DNA from: an uncultured bacterium
Lineage (GTDB): Bacteria; Patescibacteriota; Microgenomatia; UBA1400; PJMF01
Reading direction: 5' to 3'
Length of the DNA stretch: 64,000 bases
NCBI GenBank assembly: GCA_903842795.1
Contig: CAIMNJ010000018.1
Coordinates: forward strand, 67,246-131,245
This document shows positions 62,992-64,000 of this stretch, in pieces. The position numbers and the translations under genes were made by a program. Positions within the stretch are counted from its first letter, which is position 1, and each line of letters begins with the position of its first letter. The notes under the pieces are model-generated. The model was not told the DNA's origin, made no database searches, and saw only the letters and a program-made list of their open reading frames with translations.

Positions 62992-64000
62992 ATGAAAATT
63001 TTAAAGCTCAATTCTAATAGAGCGGAAATCATCAAGACAGTTGCTGCCTGCCTAAAAACAGACGGGCTAGTTATATATCCAACTGAAACTGTCTATGGTA
63101 TTGGTGCTTGTGCCACCAGCGCCAAAGCCATTGATAAACTACTGCAATACAAAGGTCGCCGGGAAGGCAAGCCTCTTTCAATTGCAGTAACAGATCAAAA
63201 AATGGCTGAAAAATATGTTGAGATAAATGAACAAGCTCTAAAATTTTATCAAAACTTTTTGCCTGGTCCATTTACCGTTGTTTCTAAATCAAAAAACCTA
63301 GTTGATAAAAGAGTTAATTCCGAATTCGGCACTCTGGGAATCAGAATCCCAGAATACCCATTAATCATTGATATTATCAAAGAATTTGGAGAAGCGATTA
63401 CTAGCACTTCAGCCAATGCTTCCGGCAAAAAAAGACCATACAAAATTCAAGATATCTTTGACAATTTATCTGATAAGCAAAAATCATTAGTTGATTTAGT
63501 AATTGATGCCGGAGAATTACCAAAAAATGAACCTTCAGTGGTGGTTGATACCACCCTATCTACTCCAATTGCTCTACGCGGATCACTACAAAAAAACCAA
63601 AAAGAAGCAGAAGTACTTTGGAGCAAGTCTCCAGTCGAAACTATTGAACTTGCTGGCAGATTAATGCTTAATCACTTAAATCAATTGCAAAAAAATGGTT
63701 TAGTTTTTGCTTTAAATGGTCAGCTTGGTATGGGTAAAACCATTTTTGCTAAAGGAATTGCAAAATTTTTATGCATAGAAGAAAACATTAATTCACCAAC
63801 TTATTCATATATAAATGAGTACAATTATAAAAGATTAGAAACCAGTGGTGTTTTTTATCATATTGATGCTTGGAAAATAGACAGCAAAGAAGAAACTGAA
63901 CTTTTGCAAATTGAAAAATTAGTGAAAAAAAATAACGTCTTAGTTATCGAATGGTTTGATCAAATTGAAAAATGGCTACAATTCGCAAAAGACACCAACA
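62992..64000 (+). CDS. Fusion of threonylcarbamoyl-AMP synthase (TsaC/YrdC domain) and t6A ATPase TsaE (YjeE); partial, runs off the window end
   Basis: ATG at 62992 gives MKILKLNSNRAEIIKTVAACLKTDGLVIYPTETVYGIGACATSAKAIDKLLQYKGRREGKPLSIAV..., the YrdC/Sua5 N-domain (VYGIG, KGR..KPL). In the same frame it continues to the TsaE P-loop ALNGQLGMGKTIFAKGIAKFL...PTYSYINEY with no stop before nt 64000. The ORF track omitted it because it is open-ended. Confidence 0.8.
   Translation, partial: MKILKLNSNRAEIIKTVAACLKTDGLVIYPTETVYGIGACATSAKAIDKLLQYKGRREGKPLSIAVTDQKMAEKYVEINEQALKFYQNFLPGPFTVVSKSKNLVDKRVNSEFGTLGIRIPEYPLIIDIIKEFGEAITSTSANASGKKRPYKIQDIFDNLSDKQKSLVDLVIDAGELPKNEPSVVVDTTLSTPIALRGSLQKNQKEAEVLWSKSPVETIELAGRLMLNHLNQLQKNGLVFALNGQLGMGKTIFAKGIAKFLCIEENINSPTYSYINEYNYKRLETSGVFYHIDAWKIDSKEETELLQIEKLVKKNNVLVIEWFDQIEKWLQFAKDTN

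Overview
This is a low-GC, gene-dense window of about 62 kb, almost entirely coding, with nearly all genes on the minus strand. The content is core housekeeping from a small-genome bacterium. Shortened forms of AlaRS (653 aa), IF-2 (500 aa) and HrcA (238 aa), a minimal ATP synthase delta subunit, and a sortase paired with an LPxTG-like surface protein point, by inference, to a reduced Gram-positive-type lineage such as Patescibacteria/CPR (Saccharibacteria-like). No database search was possible.

Recognisable genes: rpoC (N-terminus) and rpoB; mltG and ruvX; a sortase and a 721-aa membrane protein inserted before alaS; rodZ; yqeY/GatB-like; tRNA-Val; comFC; a candidate tmRNA; ftsK; rnj; a family-4 UDG; a Lon-like AAA+ ATPase with no protease domain; a PfkB kinase; a LOG-family protein; rpe and rpiB; a YjjX ITPase with two Nudix hydrolases and a DEDDy exonuclease; sodA; pnp with an RGG-rich tail; rpsO; nusA and infB; hrcA-grpE-dnaK-dnaJ with a CIRCE operator; the F1Fo ATP synthase operon atpBEFHAGDC; a GH-A-like glycosidase; a GT4 glycosyltransferase; a standalone 5'-3' exonuclease; a KcsA-like K+ channel; ftsH; a CsaA-like tRNA-binding protein; ddl; trpS; a tyrosine recombinase; tRNA-fMet and tRNA-Met(CAU); groES-groEL with a second CIRCE; and the start of a TsaC(YrdC)-TsaE fusion.

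The candidate novel features, in order of interest:
- A GroES carrying a ~55-aa insertion with 16 cysteines.
- A three-gene lineage-specific insert where rbfA/truB normally sit in the nusA-infB-rpsO-pnp cluster.
- A repeat/palindrome family shared by the alaS and pnp leaders.
- A duplicated tRNA-fMet 3' end with a recombinase nearby.
- A Lon AAA+ module with no peptidase domain.
- A TsaC-TsaE fusion.

No CRISPR array, retron or diversity-generating retroelement was seen.
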